The notes: a model not told the origin generated them from the sequence alone. 63,790 bases of DNA, filler included, from Reticulomyxa filosa (GCA_000512085.1; 26 parts of 26 records of this genome joined end to end with filler, not necessarily neighbours in it), one strand, 5' to 3'; positions 13,544-25,385 are shown, numbered from the whole stretch's first letter. Made by a program: numbers and translations.

Positions 13544-14761
13544 ATGAGCAACCAAACCTTTCAAATTTTGAAGGAATTGCCTACTCCACTTAATGAATCT
13601 CAATGTGTGCTATACAAACACGAACTCCTCATTTGTGGAGGTTATGACCAAAGAGCTTGCTATTCTTATCATACACTCAAAGATGAATACAAATTTATCT
13701 GTGAGTATCCAAGTGATGTTATATTAATTGGACACTGTGTAGTGAAACTGGCAGATAATAACAAAAACAACAATCAAATCACTTTGTTGTCTTTTGGATC
13801 TAGTTGGGGTGGAGAAAATAAACATACATTGGTGATGAAATATGTAAGTATTTGGAGTAATGTATCAGATACACCAAACAAATCAAATAAATTAAACAAT
13901 TACAATAAATGGGCTCCTCTCACAGACAGTGACAATCATTCAATTATCATTGGAAGAGATGATGATGATTACAGAGGAGCGCGTACAGTGATTAGTGGAA
14001 GAAACAATCATTTGTTATTTATCACTATCTCGATAATAATATTAGTGTGTTTGATTTAAATATATTTCAATTTCTTAAACATGATACTCTACCGACTGAT
14101 AATAATATATGGTATCATTGCTTTGTATCCAATTCAGAAAATGGACAAGGACAAGAAATGATGAAAACAAATGAAAAAAAAAGTAAACAAATGCTGTTAT
14201 TTGTATATAGTACAGGATTATTAATTGAATATGATGAAGATGATAACATTTTTCAATTTCATGAACTACCTGTTTGTGACGATATTGAACCATTCAAAAA
14301 TTATGCATATGTGTGTATCAATGATGCTATTTTGCTCTTTGGTGGATATAGTTGGGGTTTATGTATTTTTTCAAAATTAGTGCACAAGTATTTAATTCGA
14401 GAAAACAAATGGATGACATTTCAAAATACTTTACTCAGTCCATTGCATGATTGTATCGCAATATTGAATGAAGAAGACAATCATATTTACATCATTGGAG
14501 GAAAAAATGATAAAGATACAAAAGTATCAACTCACGTGAAGACTAATGTGCGTATATGGGATCCTTCATACTTGGTAATGATTTGTTTATTTATTTATTT
14601 TGATGAAACATAAATAAATTTGATCGCGTGAAATAATTGAAAATAATAAACAGTCAAAAAATGAAATAAAATTTGTTATTCAAAATTGGACTCGAACTTT
14701 AAAGATAAAATTAGGATGGATCGATGATTTTGATAAAATTATTATGAAATACAGTAGATAA
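13544..14761 (+). CDS. Kelch-like beta-propeller protein with a C-terminal 'box' exon; 1-nt frameshift near 14026 (pseudogene or assembly error)
   Basis: Kelch-type motifs LLICGGY, LLSFGS, ILLFGGY and IYIIGG. Restoring one T gives ITYLDNNISVFDLN. A GT-AG intron at 14575-14653 is followed by the exon SKNEIKFVIQNWTRTLKIKLGWIDDFDKIIMKYSR*. Confidence 0.8.
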
Positions 14762-14910
14762 ATAAATTTTAAAGAAGCAAAATTAAATATTTGCTAAATA
14801 TGATTTTGTTTTTGATAATAAAATATTGGTTTGAAAATGAGGTAAGTGTGACCAAGAAAAACAAAATACTCCGTTATGATTTAGTTTTAGAAATCTTGAA
14901 ATTCTCTGCA

Positions 14911-15105
14911 GTCCGACAGTCGGTTAGTTGTATAAATACCGCTGAGGGTGAGCGTTTGTCTAAAGAAATTGGAGCATATCTATATGTTGAATGCAGTTCC
15001 CTCAACCATAAAAACCTTGACAATGTTATAGACGCCTGTATACTTGTTTGTGATAATAACTCTAAACATCAACCAAAGAAATCAACAAAGTGTAGTTTAT
15101 TATAA
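14911..15105 (+). pseudogene. Orphan terminal exon of a Rho/Rac family GTPase with CAAX box
   Basis: EGERLSKEIGAYLYVECSSL (G5 region), a basic tail and CSLL*. TGCAG acceptor at ~14906-14910. No G1-G3 motifs between this exon and the Kelch stop. Confidence 0.75.
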
Positions 15106-15567
15106 AATACAAACAAAAAAAATATTAAGCGTGGCCATGCTCTCATTTCAAAATATAAAATCTGCATGATAAAATACTCCATGAACGAATATCAATTTTG
15201 CCAAAATTTTCAAAAAATGAAACAAGACACTAATAATTTTTCATGTTTCTACGCGTTTTAATTAAAAGTCAAATATGTTCTTGGTTCACAACTACGCGTA
15301 GGTACCATTTTAAAAAGATTTTGAAAAAAATGTAGTTTTTCATGAATAAAATCGTACATGTTTGTAGTGGTTAATTTTAGTGAAATCTTTTGTTGTGATT
15401 AGAAAATATATTGAATAAAAAGTTGATATTGTAAGAGTATAGATCAACAGTTTTATAACCCATTGCCATACAAGTGATTGTGTGCTCGAGTCAAAACACT
15501 GTAATGCAAAGGCTCACCGTTAGAATAAAATGTATGTAAAAAAAAAACAACAAATAATCATATAAAT

Positions 15568-15780
15568 ATGCGCTACGGATTTGAAAGTAGCAATGATTAT
15601 CCAGGATGGTGTTTTTATTTTATGTATGGATTCTTTGCATTAAATTACTTGGTGTTGTTTCCATTTTCAGTTTATTGTGTAGTCGTTTTTTCTCAGTTTA
15701 CAGAAAACATATTCTTCGTGAAAAGACGTCCAATTTTTTTATTATCTGCTGTTATTTGTTCTTGTCGTGGGCATAGGTGT
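15568..15780 (+). CDS. N-terminal exon of a multi-pass membrane protein (partial)
   Basis: ATG, a hydrophobic helix, FFVKRRP, and a second hydrophobic stretch, followed by an intron-like poly-T/poly-A region. Confidence 0.4.
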
Positions 15781-16033
15781 GAAGATGTTGTTTTTTTTTT
15801 TTTTTGCGTGTAGCAAAAGAGAGATTATATAAAAAAAACTTTACAAAAAAAAAAGCATGCATATAATACAACAACACAAAAACAAAGCANNNNNNNNNNN
15901 NNNNNNNNNNNNNNNNNNNNNNNNNNNNNNNNNTTAATTAATTAANNNNNNNNNNNNNNNNNNNNNNNNNNNNNNNNNNNNNNNNNNNNCCCCCTCCATT
16001 CCTTCATTTTTTTTTTTAATTATTAAAAAAAAC

Positions 16034-16642
16034 TCACTCTTGTACAAGCTCGTCAGCAATTTTCAAACGACCCTTTTCAAAATACCAGTTGACAATGTAC
16101 TGAATCAATTCGTCCATCATTTGAGAGGATTGACTCGATGTGGGCGTGCAAATGTCTATTATTGGATGGATGCATTTGTTCTGTGATATCCATGTCTTCA
16201 CTTGTGTTTGATCGCAACCAACATGCATTGCTTTTCCTCCATATTTCAACAGTGCTTCCATTCCCCTTATCATTTGCTTTTTTTTTTTTTTTTTTATATA
16301 AAATAGAATTTGGTGTGTTCATTTAAAAAAAAAAAAATAAACAAAAAAAACAAATGGAAAAACTTGATAAGCAATTTGAAATTGAATTTGATTTGACCAA
16401 AAAATAGGACGTGCATACATTTGCTTGCTGGTGTCCATGTTTTGCACGTTCAACTTGCCTTGCAAACTTGACTTTGCTTTGACTCGTTTGTGTCGTCTTA
16501 CACACTCTTTACATGTATCCACCGCTTTTTGTTCATACACTTCGTTGTATCTGGCCTGCTCCTTCTCTGTGCCATTGGTTAACACAACTTTCATTGCAAT
16601 TCGTCTTTTTTTCCTCACTCTTTTGTATATTTCTTCCTCCAC
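16034..16642 (-). CDS. Multi-exon fragment with a LisH-like motif (possible GID/CTLH subunit)
   Basis: ELIQYIVNWYFEKGRLKIADELVQE fits the LisH pattern. The exon is preceded by an A-run-AG acceptor at ~16277. Confidence 0.4.
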
Positions 16643-17298
16643 TCCATTTTCGTAGTTCTTTTGCCAGTCTACTTCAACTTTGCTCTCACTCTTTTTACCG
16701 TCTGAGTCAATCCAAACGACTTTCTTTCTCTCTGTTACGATACAACTGTTTGTAAACTAACACAATTGTGACAGTTTCTTTTTTAACATCCAAAGTCATT
16801 ATTTAAAAAAAAATATTTCTTATATATTGCATTATCAAAACTTGTGCAAGATCCATTGATTTATTTTCTTCAGGCAAGACTCATTATTTGGGGGGTCACA
16901 TTTTTTTTTTTTTTATTATATTAATTATGTATGTCTCTTATTTGTTTTGAAGAAAAGTATGACTGATCCCCAATCAGTATTTGTTATCTTTAATTGCTTT
17001 GCTCTTTTTATTTCTTCAATTACTATCTTACGAAAGAAGACTGTTTTTTTTGCTTTAAAGATTGCAAGTTTTCCCGATAAGTTTCTCCTCTGCAGGAAAA
17101 TTTTTTTCTAAAGTTACTATGGCTCGATTCTTGCTATTTTATTTTTTGAAAATAAATAAATAAACAATAAGGAGTGGAAACGATATTTCCAAAAACACAT
17201 GTTACTGAGAAGAAATGGCCAACAAAGAATGCCAAAAGAAAACAAAAAAAAAAGCTGATGATAACAGCAACGGAAAGAAAAAAAAAATGGACACTAAA

Positions 17299-17590
17299 TT
17301 AAACCTGTGGCAAACAAACCAAGTTGTTGCCTCCACCTTTGCAATGGGCTCGGTGTTCAAGAAATACAAAATAAAGCATAAGTTTGGCGCCAATAAGGTG
17401 CCATAAAATGTGCCAAAAGAGCCATTGATGTTTTTGCGTGGAGTGTCTTGATTTGTCCAAAGTGTAAATACCCAATAAACATAAAGTGCTACAAACAACA
17501 CATTCAAACATTCCTACTGGCAAAAGGAACAGCTTACTCATTGTTAACAATGCACATGTTGTTGCGCTCCACCGATCGATCGTATGAGTA
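17299..17590 (-). CDS. C-terminal part of a multi-pass membrane protein with an HxxWH motif (CREST-superfamily-like)
   Basis: Hydrophobic helices and WLFWHILWHLIG near the C-terminus. Confidence 0.4.
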
Positions 17591-18701
17591 TACCTAATGC
17601 AACATTGGATATTGTTTTTTTTNNNNNNNNNNNNNNNNNNNNNNNNNNNNNNNNNNNNNNNNNNNNTTAATTAATTAANNNNNNNNNNNNNNNNNNNNNN
17701 NNNNNNNNNNNNNNNNNNNNNNAAATTTTATAAATTTAAATGTGTTTTGTTCCTTGTTTTTAAATTAAACATAAGTTACGTAAATGACATATATATTTTC
17801 ATGAATTAATTTAAAATAGTTAAATAGATCTTTTTCTACGTTTTCCATTTTTTTAAAAAAATTTTCCAAACTCAATCAAGTTTATTTTATTTTGCTCAAA
17901 CCACTTATTTACTGATTTGTATTTGTATTATATTCAATATGTAATGCTTTTTTTAGCATTTCATCATATAATAATATTCCTTTATAAATTAGCTTTTGTT
18001 TCATCCAAAAGTATATCCAATTTTGCCATTACTTAATAATAATACAAAGGAAAGTGATTGAATGTGTATAGTCAAAATTATATTTGTTATTGATGTCTAT
18101 CTCGTTTAGACACATTGCCTAACAAGTATACCAAGTCACACTTTGAATCAACTTGGAAATCACACATTGATTTGCCCTTTTGAAAAGCATGACTTTAGTA
18201 TCATCTTGAATCTCCACCCTCTTAAAGCGTGCGATGTCGGATCATGAACTAGATGTCCATACCAATATAATAAGCAAGCATATACCCTAGATATTGCAAC
18301 ATATTTCGATATTGGTATTACTCGAATCAATATTTGGAATACACAAAGTAATGATGAACAAAAATTAAATGATGATAGTTATTTTAATTAATTATTTTGA
18401 TCACAAAAATACTATCTTCTTTCATGAGCAATTGGATAATAATTTTTGTTTTATTTGTTTAAATTAAAAATTTTTAAAAAATAGAATAATTATAAATATG
18501 AACACTTATTTATTTTATTTCTGCTACACAGATTTAATACAAAATTCAAAAATAAGTAATATTCTATTTTTTAATTTCAAAATATTTCTTATGTACACAC
18601 ATTAGTTCAGTTTTTCCTTTTTTAAACAAAACTTCAACTGCTTTTTTTCATCTTGCATCATCAAAAAACATATCAAGAAAAAATTAAAAAAAAGCTTAAG
18701 A

Positions 18702-19060
18702 ATGAACTTAAACTTATCAATCAAAGTTAAGTCTAAGTTGTCTTTACGTTTTTAGTCTTTCTTTTATTTATCGTTATTACACTTAACTGAAATAGTCAAA
18801 AGAAGAAGAGATACAAACCATTATTCGTCATTGGATTCGAACATTCAACATTCAATTAGGATGGATCAAAGATTTTGACACATTTGTTGTCAATTATGTT
18901 AATCCATTTGTTCTTTCTTTTCTTAATGCAAATCAAGACATTACAATATTATTTGACATAGGTGTGTACTGTCTTCATGCTTGACACATTTTGCTCATCA
19001 TCCAAATTAATCAATGCATTCACTGGACATACAAGTACTGTGTATAGTATTGATTATTCA
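18702..19060 (+). CDS. 'Box'-WD40 protein, 5' part (exons 18702-18725, 18796-18897, 18962-19060)
   Basis: MNLNLSIK | SKEEEIQTIIRHWIRTFNIQLGWIKDFDTFVVNY | VCTVFMLDTFCSSSKLINAFTGHTSTVYSIDYS, with two phase-0 GT-AG introns. Missed by the ORF track. Confidence 0.85.
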
Positions 19061-19160
19061 NNNNNNNNNNNNNNNNNNNNNNNNNNNNNNNNNNNNNNNN
19101 NNNNTTAATTAATTAANNNNNNNNNNNNNNNNNNNNNNNNNNNNNNNNNNNNNNNNNNNN

Positions 19161-19766
19161 GAAATATTAGATGGAAATGAAATTGAAAAATTATCATTTC
19201 ATCACCAAAAATTTTTGGATATTTTTGAAAATGAATTATACCCTGATACCAAATTTAAACCTACTGCTATTTCATTGAAAGATTTTGATAATTTGATAAA
19301 AGCGTATGTGCTATTGAATAAGAAATCATGGATGAAATCAGTGAAAGATGTTGAAAGGATATTATTTCAAAAATCCAATTACATTCATTCATTAAGTTAT
19401 TGGCAACAAGATATTTTAAATAAAAAACAAACATTGTTGGACTTTAGTTACTTCTCAACCACTACAACATGTTTTATGTTGCGTTATTTGATGACATTTC
19501 AAAGACAAGAATTAAAGAGAAGGTTCAAAAATGGTCCAATCAAAATATTATGTGGAAAATCTCAATTCTCAAACAGAGCAAGGTTAAGTGGATGGAAGGA
19601 AGATTATGAATCTCCAAAAAAGAAGAGTATTGAAGATGAATTAAACAAGTGGAAGATCAAAATAAAATTAGAACAAGACAAAGGAAACCCAACAGTGTGG
19701 TATTTGAATGAAGGTGATGCTCAATTGCTTTTTGGAATAGTACCTCCGGGTGAAGATTGTTTATGA
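19161..19766 (+). CDS. C-terminal part of a protein ending in a divergent Smr/MutS2-like domain (possibly PPR-SMR type)
   Basis: LLDFSYF...FMLRYL...IKILCGKSQFS...KKSIEDEL...NPTVW follows the Smr pattern LDLHG...IITGKG.HS...N.G. The frame is open from the contig start. Confidence 0.55.
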   Translation, partial: EILDGNEIEKLSFHHQKFLDIFENELYPDTKFKPTAISLKDFDNLIKAYVLLNKKSWMKSVKDVERILFQKSNYIHSLSYWQQDILNKKQTLLDFSYFSTTTTCFMLRYLMTFQRQELKRRFKNGPIKILCGKSQFSNRARLSGWKEDYESPKKKSIEDELNKWKIKIKLEQDKGNPTVWYLNEGDAQLLFGIVPPGEDCL

Positions 19767-20354
19767 GTGAGATATTAAATGAAGTTTTTAAGAAAGTAAG
19801 AGTTGTCATTTAGTAAAGACATTAGTGCTTTTTTTTTTCAATTTGTTGGAGTTTTTTTGAAGAATTAAATGATTTGTTTTCTTTGAAGCTAAATCTATTT
19901 ATGACAGTTATCCATGCATTGATAATAGAAACAATAATTCATATGATATAAAAAATTGGTCATTGAGAAGAAACTTTATGTTTACTTCTAATGAAAATTG
20001 TATCTTTAAAAAATTTACAAATCCTTGGCTTTTGTCCATAGTTTGTAAATGGCATTCTTTTGATTGCCAATTTTTTTTTGTCGATGAAATAAAAATTTCT
20101 TAAGTTTAGTTTTATATGAATGGAATAAATGCAGTTTAAAAATAGGATATTTTATAATTGGTTTAAAAGCAGGACACTTTTCATTTGGTGCCAATGAGAA
20201 CTACTAATTTTAATGCATAAAACAAGTTAAAAAAAAATAAAATCAAAAAATGCTTATTTGTTTGCGAATATAAATTATGATAATTTCTTTTTTTTTAACG
20301 CTTTCATAATGGTCTCCACAACTGAATTGTTCCATCTTCAGAAGCTGAGACAAT

Positions 20355-21018
20355 TGTGTTACCAACATATGTTTTTTTCATTTAGCGATCCACCAAAAGA
20401 CAATAAAGTAATTGTATCTGCGCTCTTATTGCTCACGAGTTTTTCCACGCAATGTCCGTGCAATTTAATACTCATTGGATAATCACAGATTGGCTTATAC
20501 TGATCTTTGGCTATGTGATATGAATAACATTGTCGATTTTCAAAACCACAATAAATTACGAGTTCGTAATCTCCAAATCATTATCAACATTGAGGGATCA
20601 CATACACACACTCTAGTCTTCGTGTTGTTTCTTCATCATCTCTTCCTCCAATAATGTGTACATGATTGTCAATATTACAATAGAATATCTTAATCGGCCA
20701 GGTAAAACATTTTGAAATGACATCCACTTGTTTTCTCTGATTGAATACTTGCGCACTAATTTTGAAACAACAACATCAATAAATTTGTTATCTCATCCAT
20801 CAAAGAACAAGATGACGTCGTTGATATGCGTATACATATATGAACAAAATGGTGCAATATCATCACAAACAGGTAGTTGATGAAATTGAAAAGTATTGTT
20901 ATTTTCTTGTTTTCTCTTTAAATAACAGCATTTGATAATTTTGTTTATTTGTTTAAGGCAATGATGATTATCAGTTGGTAAAATATGATGTTTAATAAAT
21001 TGAAATGTATTTAAATTA
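20355..21018 (-). pseudogene. Rearranged Kelch-like pseudogene: C-terminal half joined to an N-terminal half
   Basis: 21018-20586 reads NLNTFQFIKHHILPT...FHQLPVCDDIAPF...RENKWMSFQN with stops. 20574-20355 reads YELVIYCGFENRQCYSYHIAKDQYKPICDYP...HGHCVEK...LLSFGG. Both parts are paralogous to 13544-14761. Confidence 0.85.
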
Positions 21019-21871
21019 NNNNNNNNNNNNNNNNNNNNNNNNNNNNNNNNNNNNNNNNNNNNTTAATTAATTAANNNNNNNNNNNNNNNNNNNNNNNNNN
21101 NNNNNNNNNNNNNNNNNNAAACAACTTATTCTATTGAACAATTATTTGTTTTGAATGAATTTAACAAAATTGGAATTAGTTGGACAAAGCAATGGTATGC
21201 TCATGTAATGATTATATTAAACTTATTTAAAAAATTGAATGGCCAACATTGAGTGGACCATTTGTTCAGTCTAATTCTTCAGATATGTTTTCTGTTAATG
21301 TAGCAATCTCAAAGTTGATTCTATCTGATCAATATTTATCTCTTGTAGCATAGATGAATTTAGCTTATGAAAATTTGACTATGCTTTTGATAAATTCTAA
21401 GAATTAGCTTGTTTCAGTTAAATGAAACTGGTTTCTTATTATATAGTAGACGTATCTATCTTTTAATCTTTCACTTTTTGATTATTTTTAAGTAAAAACT
21501 CAAAAACTCATTCTTTTCACATTTTACATAAGAAACAAAGAAAATAGCATTCTAAGATTATATGATAAGCATTGATTCATGTTGAATCAATTTGATATTT
21601 CTACAATCTTATTTGTTAAATTAAAAATAAAAAGTATATATTCGTTATTAAACTGAGTGCATATTTAACAATATGATGTAGTTTTCACATCTGCTTGCTT
21701 GTAATGAAAAATTCAAGACGGAGACAAAATACTGAAGAAATACTTGATTGAAAATATGCAACAATTTGTTAAATCTTTAATTTTAAAACAATAACTTTCT
21801 TGATCATCAATTACATAAATCAGTTTTTTTTGAACATTCAAACAAAAAAAGGGTTTTCTTTTGCCATCATC

Positions 21872-22173
21872 ATGCTTACACAACTTCAGCAGACGTTCCC
21901 CGAGATTAATGAAGAGATCATTTTAGATGTATTGAAATGGTTTAAGCAAGATTCTGAAAAGACAAAGGATGTCTTAACCTGGCTAACAGAGAACACGTAA
22001 CAATACATTTATATTATTTTCTTTTCTCTTTTTTACTAACAAAAACATTTCAATATTTTTTAACAAATCATTGCTTTATATATTTTTAATACAGCACAAG
22101 TTTACAACAACAATATTATCTGATGGATCTATTCAAACAATTTGGCGATAAGCTAGGAAAAGAGACAATATCA
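21872..22173 (+). CDS. CUE-like ubiquitin-binding domain protein, 5' part (exons 21872-21996, 22095-22173)
   Basis: QLQQTFPEINEEIILDVLKWFKQDSEKTKDVL fits the CUE pattern (L..xFP...E.I..VL). GT-AG intron at 21997-22094. Confidence 0.6.
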
Positions 22174-22564
22174 NNNNNNNNNNNNNNNNNNNNNNNNNNN
22201 NNNNNNNNNNNNNNNNNTTAATTAATTAANNNNNNNNNNNNNNNNNNNNNNNNNNNNNNNNNNNNNNNNNNNNAGTATTGTGTTTTTTGTATAGAATCGA
22301 ACAAGGTTGTCTTTGTAATAATTTATGATACTACCTTTTCTATTGCGAAAAACATGAGATATTATTAAAAACTTGAAATATCGAATATTTTAAAAGGGTA
22401 TAATGATAGATAACAAAGTAAGATAAAGAAACAGGAATTCTGAAAAAGAAGTGACAACAATTCAAAAAAACATCGTAAAATGAAATTGTATTCATTTTAC
22501 TCTATGCCATTTTTCTTAAGCATTTTTTTCGTTTTGCATCATCAAACTAAAAAAAGTTGCAATA

Positions 22565-23348
22565 ATGAACTTAAACTTATCAATCAAAGTTGAGTCCAAC
22601 TTATCTTTAAGTTTTTATTCTTTATTTTACTTATAGTTGTAACACGTGATTGAAACAGTCAAAAGAAGAAGCATTGGATACGAATATTAAACATTAAATT
22701 AGTATGGATAAAAGATTTTGACAAATTTGTTGTCAATTATGTTAGTTCATTCGTTCTTTCTTTTTTTAATACAACCAAAATATTTAAATGTTTATTTAAC
22801 ACAGATATATACTGTCTTCATGTTTGACACATTTCGTTCATCATCTAAATTAATCAATACATTCGCTGGACATACAAGGGCTGTGTGGAATATTGATTAT
22901 TCAATATTTGGTGATTGTCAATTCATTTGTTCTGGATCAGTTGATGAAACAGTTCGTGTATGGGATGTTGATAACAACAAACAAATTCAATCATTTGATA
23001 AACATTCATCTGGTGTATATTGTGTAAAATTTTCATCATATTATTATCATAATAATCATCAAAATATCATTTGTTCTTCGTCATATGACAAAACAATTCG
23101 TTTTTGGGATTTCAAACATAATAAGCAGTTACAAATATTTAATGGACACACTAATGGCGTTTGTGGAATTGAATTTTCACCATTTAATGGTGGTAGGTAT
23201 TTGTGTTCTGGATCATTTGACAATACTATTCGTTTATGGGATGTTGAAACATCAAAATCATTACATATTTTCAATGGACATGAAAGTGGTGTTTGGTGTG
23301 TTGATATTTCACCACTACAAAGTGATAATAATAATGATAATAAAAAAA
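22565..23348 (+). pseudogene. 'Box'-WD40 paralog with a 20-nt frameshifting deletion in the box exon; WD40 exon (22805-23348) intact, 3'-partial
   Basis: Same exon 1 (MNLNLSIK) and intron positions as the 18702 gene. Exon 2 (22659-22740) is 82 nt versus 102 nt. GH...CSGS.D.T.R.WD repeats follow. Confidence 0.8.
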
Positions 23349-23448
23349 NNNNNNNNNNNNNNNNNNNNNNNNNNNNNNNNNNNNNNNNNNNNTTAATTAA
23401 TTAANNNNNNNNNNNNNNNNNNNNNNNNNNNNNNNNNNNNNNNNNNNN

Positions 23449-23686
23449 GCGGACCGCCACCACCATGGTTTGCCTCGTAGGTACTGGTCCCCAGTTCGGG
23501 ATCGTAGTGATAGTCCATTTTGAATTGCAGGCTGTCGTATTTAGGATAAGCGTTTACTGAGCCAACGAATCGGTCCTCCAGCGCCTCCATCGCCGACAAA
23601 GCCTGCGCCACTTCATGTGGGCTCAGGATGCCCTTCACATGGAGAAAGCCATTGAGATCGAATTGATAACGCTCACGGTCATCCAT
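23449..23686 (-). CDS. Bacterial phytanoyl-CoA dioxygenase (PhyH) family protein, N-terminal fragment
   Basis: MDDRERYQFDLNGFLHVKGILSPHEV is the typical PhyH N-terminus (F...GY..V...L...EV). Lies in the GC-rich contig. Confidence 0.65.
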
Positions 23687-23931
23687 GTTGCCGCCCACAA
23701 TATATTGCACATCTCCGCTAAATGTTTCGATGCCCAGCGTCAATGATAGGATTGCGCCTAAGGGTTCTGCACAATTCCTAACAGCGAACCCTAGATTGCA
23801 GCCCGAGTGTGCTTTAAGATGCATTCACGATGCCCTATTTAAGGCTTGAAAAGCCCGGCTTGGCCTCATTCATTTTCCCTTAGCGAGAGAAGATAATGCG
23901 CGCCAGTTTCTCCAATCCGGACTAAGGGCTG

Positions 23932-24968
23932 ATGGCATTTGTGGAGAAATTTGGAGTGATTGATCTTTTGGTGCGGCAGACAGAGAGGCTACTTCGCCCT
24001 CATCTGGCGCGACTGCGCTCGGGAGCGCGGCGCCTGGAAATTATTCATCCGGACGACACAGCGGAGCGACAGCGGATCGCGAAGAACAACCCGCTGGTTC
24101 GTTATGCCAAGTCGATAACGTCCCAAGTCGGCGAAGACGGTGTCATTGCCCACATCCTCGAGCGCCTCGAGATCGCCAACGGATGGTGCGTTGAGTTCGG
24201 CGCATGGGACGGCAAGTACAACGCCAACACCTGGGATCTCGTGCACAATCGTGGTTGGAAGGCCGTGTATATCGAAGCCAACCAAGCCGCTTTCGCCATG
24301 CTGGTCGAGAACTCCTCGGCACTGCCGGACGTTCACTGCATCAACGAATTCATCGAGATCGACGGCCCGAAAAGCCTGGATGCGCTGCTTGCACGAACAC
24401 CCATTCCGAAGGATTTCGACTTCCTCGTCATCGACATCGACAGCAACGATTGGCACATCTGGAAGTCGTTGCAGGGATATCGTCCCAAGGTCGTGATGAT
24501 CGAATTCAGTGAGTTTTGCCCGCCGGAAATCTTCTATGTGAAGGATCCCGCTGCGCCGGGTCCCTCGTCCGCCTCACTCTCCGCGGTATGCGAACTCGGC
24601 CGACAGAAGGGCTACGAACTCATCGCCGTGGTGGGCGGCAACGCCATCTTCGTTCTCGACGAATTCTCATCCCGCTTCGAGATCCGCGACAATTCCCCTC
24701 AAGGCATGTTCAGGTCGTTTGCGAACACCCGCCTTTTCCAAAGCTATGATGGCACTCTTTTTCTCGCGGGGAATCGTGAACTGATCTGGCGTCATCAGCG
24801 CGATCGGGATGGGCTGATCAAGCGAATCCATGTGTCGGACGCTGACATCCAGGTATTGCCGGAAGGCCTTCGCGTATTTCAACCGCGACTGTCCTACGAA
24901 AACACCTTCCTGGAGGAGAATGCCGGTCGCCTGGACCGGTCCAGGGTTCCTTCGAATCGACTGCTGGA
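23932..24968 (+). CDS. Bacterial FkbM-like SAM-dependent methyltransferase, 3'-partial
   Basis: SQVGEDGVI, CVEFGAWDG, FDFLVIDIDSNDWHIW, YRPKVVMIEF and GYELI..GNAIFV. GC-rich and intronless. Confidence 0.8.
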
Positions 24969-25068
24969 NNNNNNNNNNNNNNNNNNNNNNNNNNNNNNNN
25001 NNNNNNNNNNNNTTAATTAATTAANNNNNNNNNNNNNNNNNNNNNNNNNNNNNNNNNNNNNNNNNNNN

Positions 25069-25385
25069 TTTTTTTCATTTATACTTTGTCCACCAAAAGA
25101 TAACAAAATAGTTTCATTTGTATCTTTGTTGTTTACATACTTCAACGTACAATGTCCTATTAATTCAATATCATCTGGATAAGAGCAGATTTGCTTGTAT
25201 TGGTTTTTGAGCATATGAAATGAATAGCAATCTCTCTTGTTTAGGCCTCCACAGATTAGCAATTCATGTCCATGTAGCACGCATTGAGCACATCGAAGTG
25301 GAATTGGTAAGTGTGCCAAAACTTCAAAGAGAGTTACCATGCTTGTTTTTACAATTAGTTTTGCTGTGATATCCTTGGGATTCAT
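25069..25385 (-). CDS. Kelch-like family protein, 5' part
   Basis: LPIPLRCAQCVLHGHELLICGG...CYSFH...ICSYP...GHC...LLSFGG, paralogous to 13544. Confidence 0.8.
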
